DNA of 64,000 bases. Source: Vicugna vicugna (taxonomy: Eukaryota). Positions 24,284 through 36,747 of the stretch are shown here, in pieces; the first letter of the stretch is position 1; every line of letters starts with the position of its first letter. The stretch spans positions 62,001 to 126,000 of the forward strand of contig MU061547.1 in NCBI GenBank assembly GCA_013265495.1, read 5' to 3'. Below the pieces are notes generated by a model, which saw only the letters and a list, made by a program, of their open reading frames with translations, was not told where the DNA came from and did not search any database. The position numbers and the translations under genes were made by a program.

Positions 24284-27200
24284 GTGAGTAATGCTCAGGG
24301 CTGCTCAGGGCCGTGTGCTTGGAAGCAGGGATAATGCAGGTGTTGAGCCTCCTCCAGGGTCCTGCTCAGGAAGAGCCTAACCCCTCACACTGAAGGGGAC
24401 TTCTGACTCTCACCACCAAAGGATATGAAATTTACTCTTTTGTCTAGTAACAGGGAATTCCCACACCTGTCAAACCATCCACCTCCTTAGTCCTGATCCC
24501 ATCCACTCCCATCTGCTCAGGGGCTCATCTGCAAACATTATTCTCTTCTTTTCTCCTTCATCACTCTTGTCTTAAACCACAGGGTCATTTAAAGCAGCAC
24601 ACATGTCAATATGTCCTATTTTTTTAAAGGAATGGAAGGAAGAATGGACAGCATAATCCCTGCATCCCATATCTCAGTGGGGCTACTACCCCTTTTTCTG
24701 GCCTTATTTCACAGGAAAACTTTCATAAACTACACCCTTTCTCTCTCTCTATGTAGTATTTTCTAATATGTGAACTAGAACACATACAGAAGAGGGTGTA
24801 GGTATATATAGTTTTATATATATAATAAAGTTGATAATCTGTTCAGTCACTGTTCAGTCAAGAAATAAAACATCACCAACCCCCAAAAGCCCATGCACGT
24901 GCCTCACATCCTCACTAGAGCTAAGCCATCCTTTCATTTTTGTGCTGTATTCTTTCACGCTTTCTGTGTAAACATGAGTTTACAATCTATGTATATGTTT
25001 CTAAAACACAGCTTGGACTTTTTATAGGGAGTTGCAAGCTGGTATCAATTAGGGTCTTGCTTCATAGTCTTGCTAAGATATTTACAAAGTCGATCTAGTT
25101 CACCATATGTGTCTATAATTATTTTCACTGATTGCAGAGCATGCAGTTGTCAGAGGGCACCACGGTGTAGTCACCCACTGGTGCTGATGGACGTTGGTAT
25201 CACGTGCAGCTCAGCTGCTTCATGAATGGTGCCGTCGTGAGAGTTCTTGTCTCTGTATCCTGGTGCACATGTGCACAGCTTCCTTGTGTGATGTGCCCAG
25301 AAGTGGACTTGCTGAGTCAAGGAGTCTTTATGTTTTCAGCCTTCCTAGATGGTATCGAACAACCTTTTAAGCTTTCTGTTCTATGTGTGTGCTTATCAGA
25401 AGTAATTTAGAATTCTTCACATCCTCATGAAACCTTGGTAAAAGCACTTTTACCTCTTGCTGATGTGGTGTGTGTATAGTTGCATGTTATTTGCCTCAAT
25501 ACAATTAAAGGTGAGCACCTATCCACAGATGGATTTGTGATTTACATTTCCTATCTCAAGAAATTGGGGTTTTTTCCTACTAAGTTGCCTAGTTGGTTCT
25601 TACCAATTCCTGGGACAATGTGCCTGTGTGCTAATGAGCATTTCTGTCTGAGAAAACCACTCACCGTTCCTCTCCTAATGTCCTCCTCTGTGGCTCAGTG
25701 GCTCACAGGATTAGGTGGTAGGACGTCAGTTCACTAAACTTGAAGGATCTCAGGAATGTCTCATTGCCTGTCTCAGACTCTTTCTGTATTTCTCTCTCAC
25801 TCTCTTATTTTTTTCCTTTCTTCTTCTCTCCTTCTTGCCTTGCAATCTCTCATTGGTTTCAAACAAAACACAGAATACTTCTCTTTGCTTTAGAGGATCT
25901 CTTGACCATAAATCAAGGAGTTTTCCTTGCCAGGCTGAACATAATTGTGTTTTTTTTTTTTTGAGGGATTCAAGATTTGAGAAAAGATACCAGTCAAGGA
26001 GTTTCAACAATGTCCTTCTTTAAACTACTCGAGATAATATCAAGCAATAAGGAAGTGATTTCCCTTACGGAGGAAATCCCTACACTAGTTTTGTTTTAAA
26101 ACACCTGAACTGTGACCCACCACACCAGTCGTATCACAGGAAGAGCAACACACACACACATTGTGCCCAATCAAAGAGGGTGAGCAGAACCAGGTCACCA
26201 CTGTCTCCTTGTGATGACTTCCATCTGGTCCTTTCCTGTCTTACTGACAGTGATGAGCACCAGATACACTTTATCTTTTCTCCTGGGGAAGGTCAGATTG
26301 CTCTGCATTAATCAGCAAGCAGTCAAGTACTATTATGATGTGGAACAGTGCATATCATCTCAGGTGTTATAGCCCCTCCGTGCAGAGCACACCACATGTG
26401 GAAACTGAAGGGCCTGAGCCAAGCGGAACTGCGCTGCCCTCTGTGTGTCATCACATGCATTTCTGTTCTCAGGTGAAGGTGGCGTTGGCATGTGACAGAT
26501 GCTATAAATCTTGGACAAGATATATTACCTGCAGCTTCTCAGGCATACACTTCGCATCTCCCCCTGTGGGTTTAAGCCTTTGTAAAAGGAATGAGAAAAT
26601 GTGACAGGTCTCTTCTGCTTTCCCTTCTGTTATATCTTGAGTCAATGAACAAATAACTCACCACTTTAGAGGAGGAGAGCAGAAAGGAGGAAAATCCAAG
26701 GAGAAAGGGGAAGAAAAAATCTAGCAAAGCTTGCATACTGGTCCAGGTGCTGGAAGGGCACCGATGATCCACTTAAAGGGAAACTGAGGATGCTCACTGG
26801 TGGGACAGCTACGCGAGCACCAGCAGGGCAGAGTGAACCAGTGAAGAAGGTGGAGGCGCCCAGGGAGTGGCAAGAGCAACAGCCAGGCAGCCATTGTAAC
26901 TCCTGCAGCCTGAGGGGACAGGCAGTGAGTGGATTCCATAACGTGCCACGGTCCAGAACTACTTCGTGGTACTAAATCAAAGGATATGTAACCAAGATAC
27001 AGGAGCAGAGGCACTGGGACGCTGTGGGTCACCCGAGTGGAAGCTTAGGTCACACATGCCTGACTTCTGGCCTCCTGTTGCTACTTCTCACTGGTTCATC
27101 TGCATCAGAAAGTGGAGGAAGGGAGCTTTTCAGTATCAGATAAAAATAGAAGGGTTAATAGAGTTTACATTAATCCTAGAATGTGACACAGTTTGAGCAG

Positions 27201-30200
27201 ATAATGGTAGGAGGTGAATAGGTGACAGGGAGTGTTTCTTGAGATGGTTCTGAAGAGGTACAGAGGTAGGATTTGCTATTCTTCATGAATTGGAAGAACC
27301 TTCCTTTCAGGCAGGCTCTCACGTGCAGACAAGGGTAGCCAAGGTAAGCCGAGCTCATCCTGGACCGTCTGCTGTCACTGCGCGCTTCTTTCTTCTCTTC
27401 CTTTGCAGGTTTCTCTCTGGGCTCCACGGTGAGGTCTGAAACAAAGGGCATCTGGATGTGGTGTGTGCCCCACCCCTCCAAGGAGAGCCACACCTTGGTC
27501 CTTCTGGACACCGAGGGCCTGGGTGATGTGGAAAAGGTAAAGCAGAAAATCTTCCTTGCTCTTGATAGTCCACTTACATTTTAACTTATTTTAATTTTAA
27601 TTTTTGGAGGGAGGCGTTTAGTTTTTTTCCCTTTGAACGGAGGTACTAGGGATGTCGAACCCAGGCCCCCCTACATGCTAAGCACATACTCTACCACTGA
27701 GCTCTACCTTCCCCTTCTACTTATGTGTTAATTTCCCATCTCAATTCAAATTTGATGACACATTCCTAGGCTAAATTCTCCTTCCTTGAATTTATTTGTT
27801 AATAAATTAGATACTTTGAGTATTAGCGAGAGATCTTACTTTTCACACTGGGGTGATAGATCCACGTTACCAAAGACTTAATGGGCATCAGAATTCCAGG
27901 GCTTTGTGTTCAGTGCCACAGACATCACCGTGAGTGAGGTCTGGGCCCAGGGCTTCATTAGGGAGATAAGAAATATACAGTTATCAGCACAGGGAACCAT
28001 GGGTACGGAAAGTGAGAACCTACCCCTGCTGCTCAGGTTTGGGTACACGGCCTGGTGGAAGGTGTAGCCCATGCAATTAAGGAATTCTAAAGGTCAAGGT
28101 GTGTGCGGTTAATGGGGTTAGAGGCAGGAATCATGAAAATAGGGTTTCAGTGAAATATGCCCTTTCAATTATCTACAGAAAATGTTTGGCTACATCAAGG
28201 TCAATTGTGAAGATTTTAGTCCAAGTGTCTGGGCTTTGAAGAGGGATTCCTCAGTGACGTCTGTAAACAGTGTGCTCGGTCCCCCAAAAGCACTTGACAT
28301 GGGGTAATTGTAGATAGTTTGGGTTTATAGTGCTGCTTGCAGTCATCTTTTCCCCTTTTTCTTAGTCTGAGTCTATGTGAAAAATAGTAGCCGTGAATCT
28401 TTGGCTTTCATTACTTCAGAAAATAGCTGTAGTATGAATTTAGACATTCTGAATTTAAACATTCATGTTTAAAGTATTCAACAATCACCTCCATGTCAAC
28501 CGAAGATGATCGACAGTTCCTAATAGTCCATAGTTTGCACAACCCACTTCTTACCTCATTGCATTTGTCAAGTAACCAGAACATAGCAAATCGTAAAGTG
28601 ATAGCAGAGGAACACTGGCTGCCCTTACTACCTGTCATGATAGTACCTGACTCCCTTACATGGCCTCTTAGGACTTGCCCTCATCTTGGTTTCAGCCTCA
28701 CCATCTCCTAGAACCACCATGAGTGCCACTTCAGTCAAATAAAATAGCCCGGTGAATCCTCTGTGGGACCACAGTTGCTGGCAGTACTGATTCACTTCTC
28801 TTGGTCCTTCATCTGCACCGGCCCTTTCTCTCCACAAACCGACATCCTATTAGTCCTTTAAAGCCCAGCTATTTTCAGCTGAATGCCATCACATCCCTGA
28901 CAGACATAACGACTTCTGGCTGTGAATTTGGGGAACTTGTCTTTTCCTTTCTTTTCTTTTTTTTCTTTTTTTTCTTTTCTTTTCTTTTCTTTTCTTTTCT
29001 TTTATTGTGTCTGTGTCCTTCAGATGAGAACATGTGGATCCACTCCAGGCAGTTTATCATCTTGGATGCATTTATATGGTTGCACATGTATCTGCCCCTC
29101 TAGAAAGCCATGTCACTGGTGCTAGGGACTGTCCTGTAGAGCTTTATAGCCACAGAAGCAAATGCAGTATCTGGTGTTTTCTAGACAGACAATGAACAGT
29201 TGATGAATTTAGTTAAGTGGCATTTGTGTCCTTAATACAGCTTATAATCAAGAGAAGTTTGCAAAAGCATCATTCACACCTTATTGCTTAGCTTCTATGT
29301 GCCAGGCAGTGTATTAAACACGTGACACAAATTCACAATGTCATTCTGTTCTGCCAAAAGCTAATGCGACTGCGGCCCTGAGAGCGCAACACGTCATCAC
29401 GGGAAAGGTTTGGATTTAGCATTGTTTTGAAGTTTATGTCATTTGCCGTCCTGTTGAGTTATGGGACAGCTGACATAGAAAATGAGCAAGTCAATGAGAG
29501 ACTGAGGTGTGGACTCCCCACTGCTTTCTAGGGTGACTCAAAGAGCGACTCGTGGACCTTCGCCCTGGCTGTGCTTCTGAGCAGCTGCCTTATCTACAAC
29601 AGCATGAGCACCATCAACCACCAGGCCCTGGAGCAGCTGCAGTATCCTTCCCGGACCGGAAGCCCCAGGTCCAGTTCACTGAGTCGGTAGAAATGGCCAC
29701 TGAGGCTGCTTCTGCTTTCCTGTGACTCCGTTCTCACGGCTGAGGAGAAGGGGAAATGGGGCAGAGAGGAATGCTGATAAAACTTGTTTTGGGGGGCGAT
29801 CTGGAAATTTTGTTGCGGGGCACCTCTCATTCCTTAGCTAGGATCCCAGCTACGTGACCGAACTCACAAATCTGATCAGGACAAAATCCTCGTGCAGCTC
29901 TGACGATGGAGAGGACTCAGCCGATTTTGTGAGATTCTTTCCAGACTTCGTGTGGACTGTGCGGGACTTCACGCTGGAGCTGGAGTTAGATGGATGCCCC
30001 ATCACTGAAGATGAGTACCTGGAGAATGCCTTGAGGTTGATTCCAGGTATCAGAGCATGGCCAGGCTGCTGGGAGGGCCAGGAGGTCATGGGGTCTGCAG
30101 AGTGCTGCCACCCAGCACGTGACATCAGTCTTTATTTGAGATTGGACTTGTCCTGGGTTAATGACAGGTGTCGTGTCTCCTGTCATTATTCTTGTGGAAA

Positions 30201-33200
30201 AACCCCAGTGGTCAGAGTTTAAGTTCACAGAGGAGATTTAGAATCCAGTGATTTCTAGACCAAGTGATTTCAGGAAATTTCATGCCATGAAAAAGCAGGG
30301 CTCACACACATATGTTACATATGAAGTGCTTCTCCTTTCCTGAGCAAAATAGTGCAACATTATACAAATTGGTAAACACAGAATCACAAGGGAAACCCAA
30401 GAACTAAGCTTTGAAATACACTTCACCCCGTACATGGTTTACCCAGATAGCCACACCCCTCATACACAGGCTGTTTGTACACTGAAGAGTTCAAAAACAA
30501 AGCACAGCCATGTTCTTCCAGGAAGACTATCCGATGCCTCATTTCCTCTTTCTCATAACATCACGATTCATTCTAGAGCCTTGCCTGACACGTGTTATAA
30601 TAAATTAATTACTCAGCTTATATTTAGTTGAGAGGATAATGATGGTACCTAAAAGCAATACGCATTTGGTTTATTTAATCATTTATTCATCCTTTCAGTA
30701 AATAATTGTTGAACTGCTGTCGTATGCCCAGAGATGCTCTGTATAATATGTCACGTCCAATATAAAAGGATGCAGAACACTGCTGAGGTCCAAGCTTCAC
30801 GTAAGCTAGTCTCACCATGAGATGGTGTAGGCTAAAGCCATTTCCAAATATATTTATGGAATGTGTACTTTTTCACTCTGATCTTACAAGGCTGTTCATT
30901 TACTGTCCTGAGTATTATCTGCTCTCCACATGTGATCTTCCCAGCAAGGTCATAAATATCCTGACCATGACGTTACTTTACCGCCCACGTTTCCTCTCTG
31001 TCATGGGGAATCTCATGTCAGAAAAATATTTCTGACAAGTTTTTGGATTAATGTATCCTTGAAGTAACATCTAATAAAGAGTTGATTCACTGCACATCAG
31101 GCAAGAGCTGAGGAAAATAATCATAATTTTCTTCATTTGGAACAGATGCCTCCCCTTCTTGTTCAGAAGTACTTCCTGCACTCTTAGCTCTGTGCCAAAA
31201 GCAAAACAAAACAAGAAACAAGGAGGGAGGTTTCCATGCCCAGGGTAGATTAGCACAGGTCAATTTGTGTGATCAATAACAGGAGGTTTACAGGCAGGGG
31301 AGCCACAGGGATGCAAAGCTCCCTGGAAATGAAAGTCGTCACCCCGCTGACCTGAAAGCTGTTCCTTCAGTGTTTGCTCTTTATTCACTTCTGCAGGCAA
31401 GGATCCCCAAATCCAAAATATGCTTTGTCTCGGCCTGTCAGTGACAGAAAACTACTAGTCCATATTGAGGACGTGCCAGATGACCAACTGGATGGGAATT
31501 TTCAGATGCAGTGCAAAGCATTCTGTTCTTATGTCTTCACTTCACTCAATACCAGTATAAGGTCAGACTCCTGTTAAGGAAGGAAAAACACAATTTGATG
31601 AGACGTCTGATGGGATAAGTGTTTGTAGTGAAGATACGCAAGCCGTTCTGTGAATTTGCATGAATGAGAAAACAAATACCAGGTCATGAGCCATGTAGAC
31701 TCACTGAGTGAGAGACAGATGTAAATTCAGTCTCACATCAGGTGCTGGCTTCATGCGCGTGCCCCCTGGGCAGTCACCCAGGGCACTGTTCTGAGATGGG
31801 GCCTGCTTCGTTTACTATTTCTCCCACTGTCCTGAAATTCCTGATGACACTTTTACATGGGGACCACACTTTCATTACAAATAGCGCCCACAAACTGTGT
31901 ATCTTACATACGTGTGTAATTAGTTCTTTTTATTTTATTAAACTGGGAAAAGTGGTGTTGGAGACCCTTGAACATATTTTTTGAGATCTTTCACCTAATA
32001 TTATAATGTGATGCGTTTGAGAATCATAAGATGGAGTGAGTAGGAGACATAGTGATGTTATTATAAAGAAGAGGATTCATGGAAGACAAAAGAGGAGGAG
32101 ACCAAGCTGAAGACAAGATCAAGATGAGAAGAAAGAGGAGGAAAAATAAATTCAGTCAAAGCCTAGTGATTTTTAGAATGCAGATCTCTAAATGTAAAAA
32201 AAACCCAACCAAACAAACAGGTAAGAACTGTCTCTGCTGCCCTAAATATCCTGTGTCACTCAGGGCTGGGGACACTGGCGGTGGCCTACGTGGACACCAT
32301 CAACAGTGGGGCAGTTCCTTGTTTGGAGAACGCAGTGATGACTCTGGCAGAGCGTGAGAACTCAGCGGCCGTGGAGAAGGCAGCCGCCCACTACAGCGAG
32401 CAGATGGCCCAGCGCCTGACCCTCCCCACGGACACGCTGCAGGGGCTGCTGGAGGTGCACACGGCCTGCGAGAGGGAAGCCATCGCAGTCTTCATGGAGC
32501 ACTCCTTCAAGGATGACAAGCGGGAGTTCCAGATGAAGCTTTTGGTAACGTGCCTTAGCAGGTCTCCTTCCTGAGTCTGTTCTTCTGGAATGATCCCAGA
32601 CCCCCTCTTTGTCCCCATGGCTCATGGGCTACTCATCATAAACTGAGTTTAGATTCTTATGACTGACAAGCCTCTGTGGGCTACAGTCCATCCTTTTCCT
32701 AAAAGTTGGGCTTTTTATTTTGGACTGTGAATCATGAATTACCCTCTGCTTAGCAGCGTAACCAACACACATTTAGTGGCTTCCGTTCCGTCAGGTCAGC
32801 TCCCAGCCCCGGGCACGTGGGTGGTCTTCTCAGGGCACTGTGGCTGGAGACGAGGTTCACATGGGCTTGGTCCTCACACGGAGGCTGTGGGGAACAGCAC
32901 TCCGCCTTCGACCCAGCCATGGTGCATTGCAGCCGTCTCTTTTTTCCGATCTCTCTGACTTCCTCTTCTGCTACCAACAGGAGAAAACACTTTTGAAAGG
33001 GTGTGATTAGGTAACGTCCACTCGGGTAATCTCCATTTCAGGAGTCACCTGTGCCGTGTAACATAACTCAAACACGGGATCAATATTCATCATAGTCACA
33101 ATCTGGGGACTCTGCAGAGTGCGGACAGCAGTGGGGACAACTCTTGGAGATCACAATTCTCCTTGCCATAGGCACCTTTACTGAACGTTTGACCGTTGAC

Positions 33201-36200
33201 CAACCTTCAAATTAAAAAATCTTACTTCACATAGAGCAAAGCCAGCTCAATTGTAATTTATCAGTATATGCAAAAAAGCCTCTTTTTATATTTTCACACA
33301 CTCAAATCCTCAGTGAAAAAAGTATCCATGAGGAGTTCTGAACCCAGGTTAGTGTGTAGTTAAGTCATTAATAGGCAAGTGACTTGCTAAGTATATGTTT
33401 TTATCCATAGCTCCTAAGTTTGCAGAAGAAGTTTCAATTCATAATGAAAATTTCACATCTGTTGTGGGTGAATGGCTGACTGTTAGACCTACTGCTGTTA
33501 AGGGAACCATGGACATCACCCCTGCCAACCCCATCATTTACTTCTCACAGTTCTATCGGATTTCCCCACATTTCCCTGGCAGGTCACCATCCAGAAAAAG
33601 AAGGAAGACTTCTTGGTGCAGAATGAAGAGGCCTCTGTCAAATACTGTCAGGCTGAGCTTAGCTTCAGNNNNNNNNNNNNNNNNNNNNNNNNNNNNNNNN
33701 NNNNNNNNNNNNNNNNNNNNNNNNNNNNNNNNNNNNNNNNNNNNNNNNNNNNNNNNNNNNNNNNNNNNNNNNNNNNNNNNNNNNNNNNNNNNNNNNNNNN
33801 NNNNNNNNNNNNNNNNNNNNNNNNNNNNNNNNNNNNNNNNNNNNNNNNNNNNNNNNNNNNNNNNNNNNNNNNNNNNNNNNNNNNNNNNNNNNNNNNNNNN
33901 NNNNNNNNNNNNNNNNNNNNNNNNNNNNNNNNNNNNNNNNNNNNNNNNNNNNNNNNNNNNNNNNNNNNNNNNNNNNNNNNNNNNNNNNNNNNNNNNNNNN
34001 NNNNNNNNNNNNNNNNNNNNNNNNNNNNNNNNNNNNNNNNNNNNNNNNNNNNNNNNNNNNNNNNNNNNNNNNNNNNNNNNNNNNNNNNNNNNNNNNNNNN
34101 NNNNNNNNNNNNNNNNNNNNNNNNNNNNNNNNNNNNNNNNNNNNNNNNNNNNNNNNNNNNNNNNNNNNNNNNNNNNNNNNNNNNNNNNNNNNNNNNNNNN
34201 NNNNNNNNNNNNNNNNNNNNNNNNNNNNNNNNNNNNNNNNNNNNNNNNNNNNNNNNNNNNNNNNNNNNNNNNNNNNNNNNNNNNNNNNNNNNNNNNNNNN
34301 NNNNNNNNNNNNNNNNNNNNNNNNNNNNNNNNNNNNNNNNNNNNNNNNNNNNNNNNNNNNNNNNNNNNNNNNNNNNNNNNNNNNNNNNNNNNNNNNNNNN
34401 NNNNNNNNNNNNNNNNNNNNNNNNNNNNNNNNNNNNNNNNNNNNNNNNNNTAATTGTGGTGTGGTTGGCCTGCGAAAGGAGGTGATCTCAGGGTCCTTCT
34501 GCTTTGCTGAGTTGCCTCGACAATCAATTAAGGAATCAGAACAATGGTGCTGGTACTGCTGTCATCCTCATTATCAAATTGAGAAAATGATGCATGAAGA
34601 TGTAAGTTGCCTGAGATCACACAGCCCTCAAGTGGTGGAGCTGGTGGGGCAGCTCCATGTTCTCAGCAGCTGTTAAGAGCTCAGAAGAGAGCTCAGGAAA
34701 GCTTCCAGAAGAGGAGACAGAAGTCACAAGTTGATGTAAAAAATGTGAAATTATAGTAAAGAAAGAGTAGGTGAGCATCATTCAAAAACAAAAAACAAAA
34801 TCAAAAAAGAAGGAAAACGATGGGCAGGTGCTGCGGTTGCAGACAATGGAGGATGGTTGGTTGTAGAGCTGCACATGATCCTGACATTTGTAACAGTGTG
34901 GGATCCTTTGAAAGATGAAGATTTCACAGGTTCCAATCTGTAGTTTTACTGAACAGACGTTTCCCTGTAAAAGACTAGATCTTGGCTGCCTGACAAGTCC
35001 TTGCTTCTTGCTGTTTCCTCAGGCAAAGGAGGTCCTGCAGAGCTTCCTGCAGTCCCAAGAAGGAGTGGAGGAAGCCATCCTGCAGGCAGACAAAGCCCTC
35101 ACGGATGGCGAGAAGGCTGTGGCAGGTACGGGGCAGGGATGAGCCCACAGACGGGAAGGTGGTTTCTGTGCTGCTGTTTGACTGGTGTGAGAGCAAACAC
35201 TTCCTGACACCAGGGACTTCTTTTCCTTCTGTGGGAGCTCTCTGATATGTCTGAAGACAACTCTGGGAGGTTGGGTTGCATGTACGTCTGATCAGTGCCT
35301 TTCCACCCCATGCTGAAGCGTGTCTTCCTGATGTGGATAGAAGGCGAGTTCAGATTCCCTCCTGCCATTTTCAAGTAACTTTAGTGGCTGAGCTCAGGAA
35401 GGTAAAGCTCGGCATAACTGTTATTTCTTCCCTCTTGAAAACTGTTATGAAACAGTTGAACGTGCCAAGAAGCAGGCAGCTGAGAGGAAGCTAGAATTAC
35501 TAAAGGAGAAACAGAATGAGGAAGAGCAAGAACTGGAGATGCAGGAGCAAAGCCTTAAGGAGAATCTAGCGCAGCTGGAAGAGAAGATGAACAGGGAGAG
35601 AGAAGACCTTCTGAGACAGCAGGAGGGGGTGCTGGAGCACAAGCTGAAGGTAGGTCTGGAGGGGCCTGGGCGGCACCTGATGGATGACACCCCAGCTCCT
35701 TGGGAAGAAAGGAGCAGAAATTCTACGTAAAGTCAGATCCCACAGGGAAATCCAAAGACATTTGATTCATTGTAACATCAAAGTGATGTGGGCCGAGCAG
35801 GAGGCTTACGTCTGTTAGACTCAGCACTTCCTGTAGTGTTAGGGTTCACAGGGTCCAAATAACATGACCTGGGTTCCTAGGCTGCTATTTGTGGTGACCA
35901 TAGGGTCTCACTTGCCCCCAAGTGAACAGGACTTCAGTCCTGTGGTTCTTAGGACTTTCAGTACAACCATCAGAGACATAAAATAGACCTGCCCCTGAAA
36001 GTACCAGATTGTGCCTTGTAGGAAGGACTGGAGGCTGAAAGCTCTACAATTTGCAGCCTTTGTTTCCAGGTCCACCTGACTCATGTTATACACCTTGAGT
36101 CAATGCATTCTTTGTCCCAAACTGGACCTTGGTGGCCAGTGTTCTAAAGAGAGTGACCAGTTGCCATAATCTGTGACATATGTGTGGTCGTCTTACCCCA

Positions 36201-36747
36201 GGGCAATTGGAAGTAACTGCAATTCACCTACATTCCCTCCCGAAGTGCATTCTTAGTCCTGGAGCTCATGACTGAGACAGTTCTCAGGCCTGACCTGGAC
36301 CCACCCCTCCCTGCCCAGGGACATGGTGCTGAGGGACCATGGGAAGCGGTAAATCCTGCCCAGGTCCAAATGTTTGCAAATATTGGCCAATGTAAGAAAA
36401 CATCTCAGAGACAGAGAAACAGACACACGTGCTTAGTTGCCACAGCTGTTAGACACACAATGCTGACGCCTCGGTGTTTTCAAAAGGGGATTCTCTCCTT
36501 TTCACAGATGCAAGAAGAACTACTTAGAGATGGATTTAAAGAGAATTCTGAAGCGTTAACTAGTGAAATAAGTAAACTAAAAGAAGACATTGAAACAACC
36601 AAAAACAATTACCCCTTCAAGATGTCAGAGGCCCTTGATGCGGTGTGCATGGCCTTAGTTGCACTGCTACCCGGGCCTTATAAAGTTGCTGGTATGGGGC
36701 TGAAAATGGTCAGTGAGGCTCTTAAAAGGTCTGAGAACTCCTCTTAA
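24094..36747 (+). CDS. GBP4: Guanylate-binding protein, GBP4/6/7 clade (span of coding exons 2-11); possibly a pseudogene because exon 6 is disrupted
   Basis: Exons with GT-AG boundaries and canonical GBP sizes (190,128,110,197,[damaged],281,[gap],103,194,240). Motifs: G1 GPYRTGKS, switch [11 protein letters not shown]3 DTEG, G4 TVRD. C-terminus ...[15 protein letters not shown]... has no CaaX, as in GBP4/GBP7. The exact paralog name (GBP4 vs 6 vs 7) is uncertain. Confidence 0.85.
27409..27536 (+). CDS. GBP4: GBP4-like exon 3
   Basis: [43 protein letters not shown]; ttgcag/gtaaag; 128 nt. Confidence 0.95.
27585..27714 (-). mobile_element. tRNA-derived SINE (Vic-1-like)
   Basis: Reverse complement reads ggggaaggtagagctcagtggtagagtatgtgcttagcatg...ctgggttcga. 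Confidence 0.85.
28943..29004. repeat. (TTTTC)n simple repeat
   Basis: cttttctttt... tract. Confidence 0.85.
29532..29641 (+). CDS. GBP4: GBP4-like exon 4
   Basis: [36 protein letters not shown](H); 110 nt; donor GTATCCTT. Confidence 0.95.
29642..29849 (+). other. U12-type (minor spliceosome) GT-AG intron
   Basis: 5' splice site GTATCCTT matches the U12 consensus; branch-like TTCCTTAGC about 12-20 nt upstream of the CAG; no polypyrimidine tract. Confidence 0.85.
29850..30046 (+). CDS. GBP4: GBP4-like exon 5
   Basis: [14 protein letters not shown]...[40 protein letters not shown]; 197 nt. Confidence 0.95.
31397..31545 (+). pseudogene. GBP4: Disrupted GBP4-like exon 6
   Basis: Acceptor ctgcag then GKDPQIQN; an internal deletion; then out-of-frame CFV and [37 protein letters not shown]. 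In-frame TAG at 31456-31458. The 3' end of the exon and its donor are missing. Confidence 0.85.
32264..32544 (+). CDS. GBP4: GBP4-like exon 7
   Basis: [24 protein letters not shown]...[14 protein letters not shown]; 281 nt; cag/gtaacg. Confidence 0.95.
33583..33668 (+). CDS. GBP4: GBP4-like exon 8 (partial, runs into gap)
   Basis: [26 protein letters not shown] after a ggcag acceptor; truncated by the N run. Confidence 0.85.
33669..34450. other. Assembly gap (782 N)
   Basis: Run of n characters. Confidence 1.
35023..35125 (+). CDS. GBP4: GBP4-like exon 9
   Basis: [34 protein letters not shown]; 103 nt. Confidence 0.95.
35456..35649 (+). CDS. GBP4: GBP4-like exon 10
   Basis: [19 protein letters not shown]...[11 protein letters not shown]; 194 nt; donor gtaggt. 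Confidence 0.93.
36508..36747 (+). CDS. GBP4: GBP4-like terminal coding exon 11
   Basis: [29 protein letters not shown]...[27 protein letters not shown]; acceptor ttcacag. Confidence 0.92.
   Translation: MQEELLRDGFKENSEALTSEISKLKEDIETTKNNYPFKMSEALDAVCMALVALLPGPYKVAGMGLKMVSEALKRSENSS

Noticed and set aside
33395..34527. Long ORFs of 290-352 aa
   Set aside because: Artefacts of the N run.
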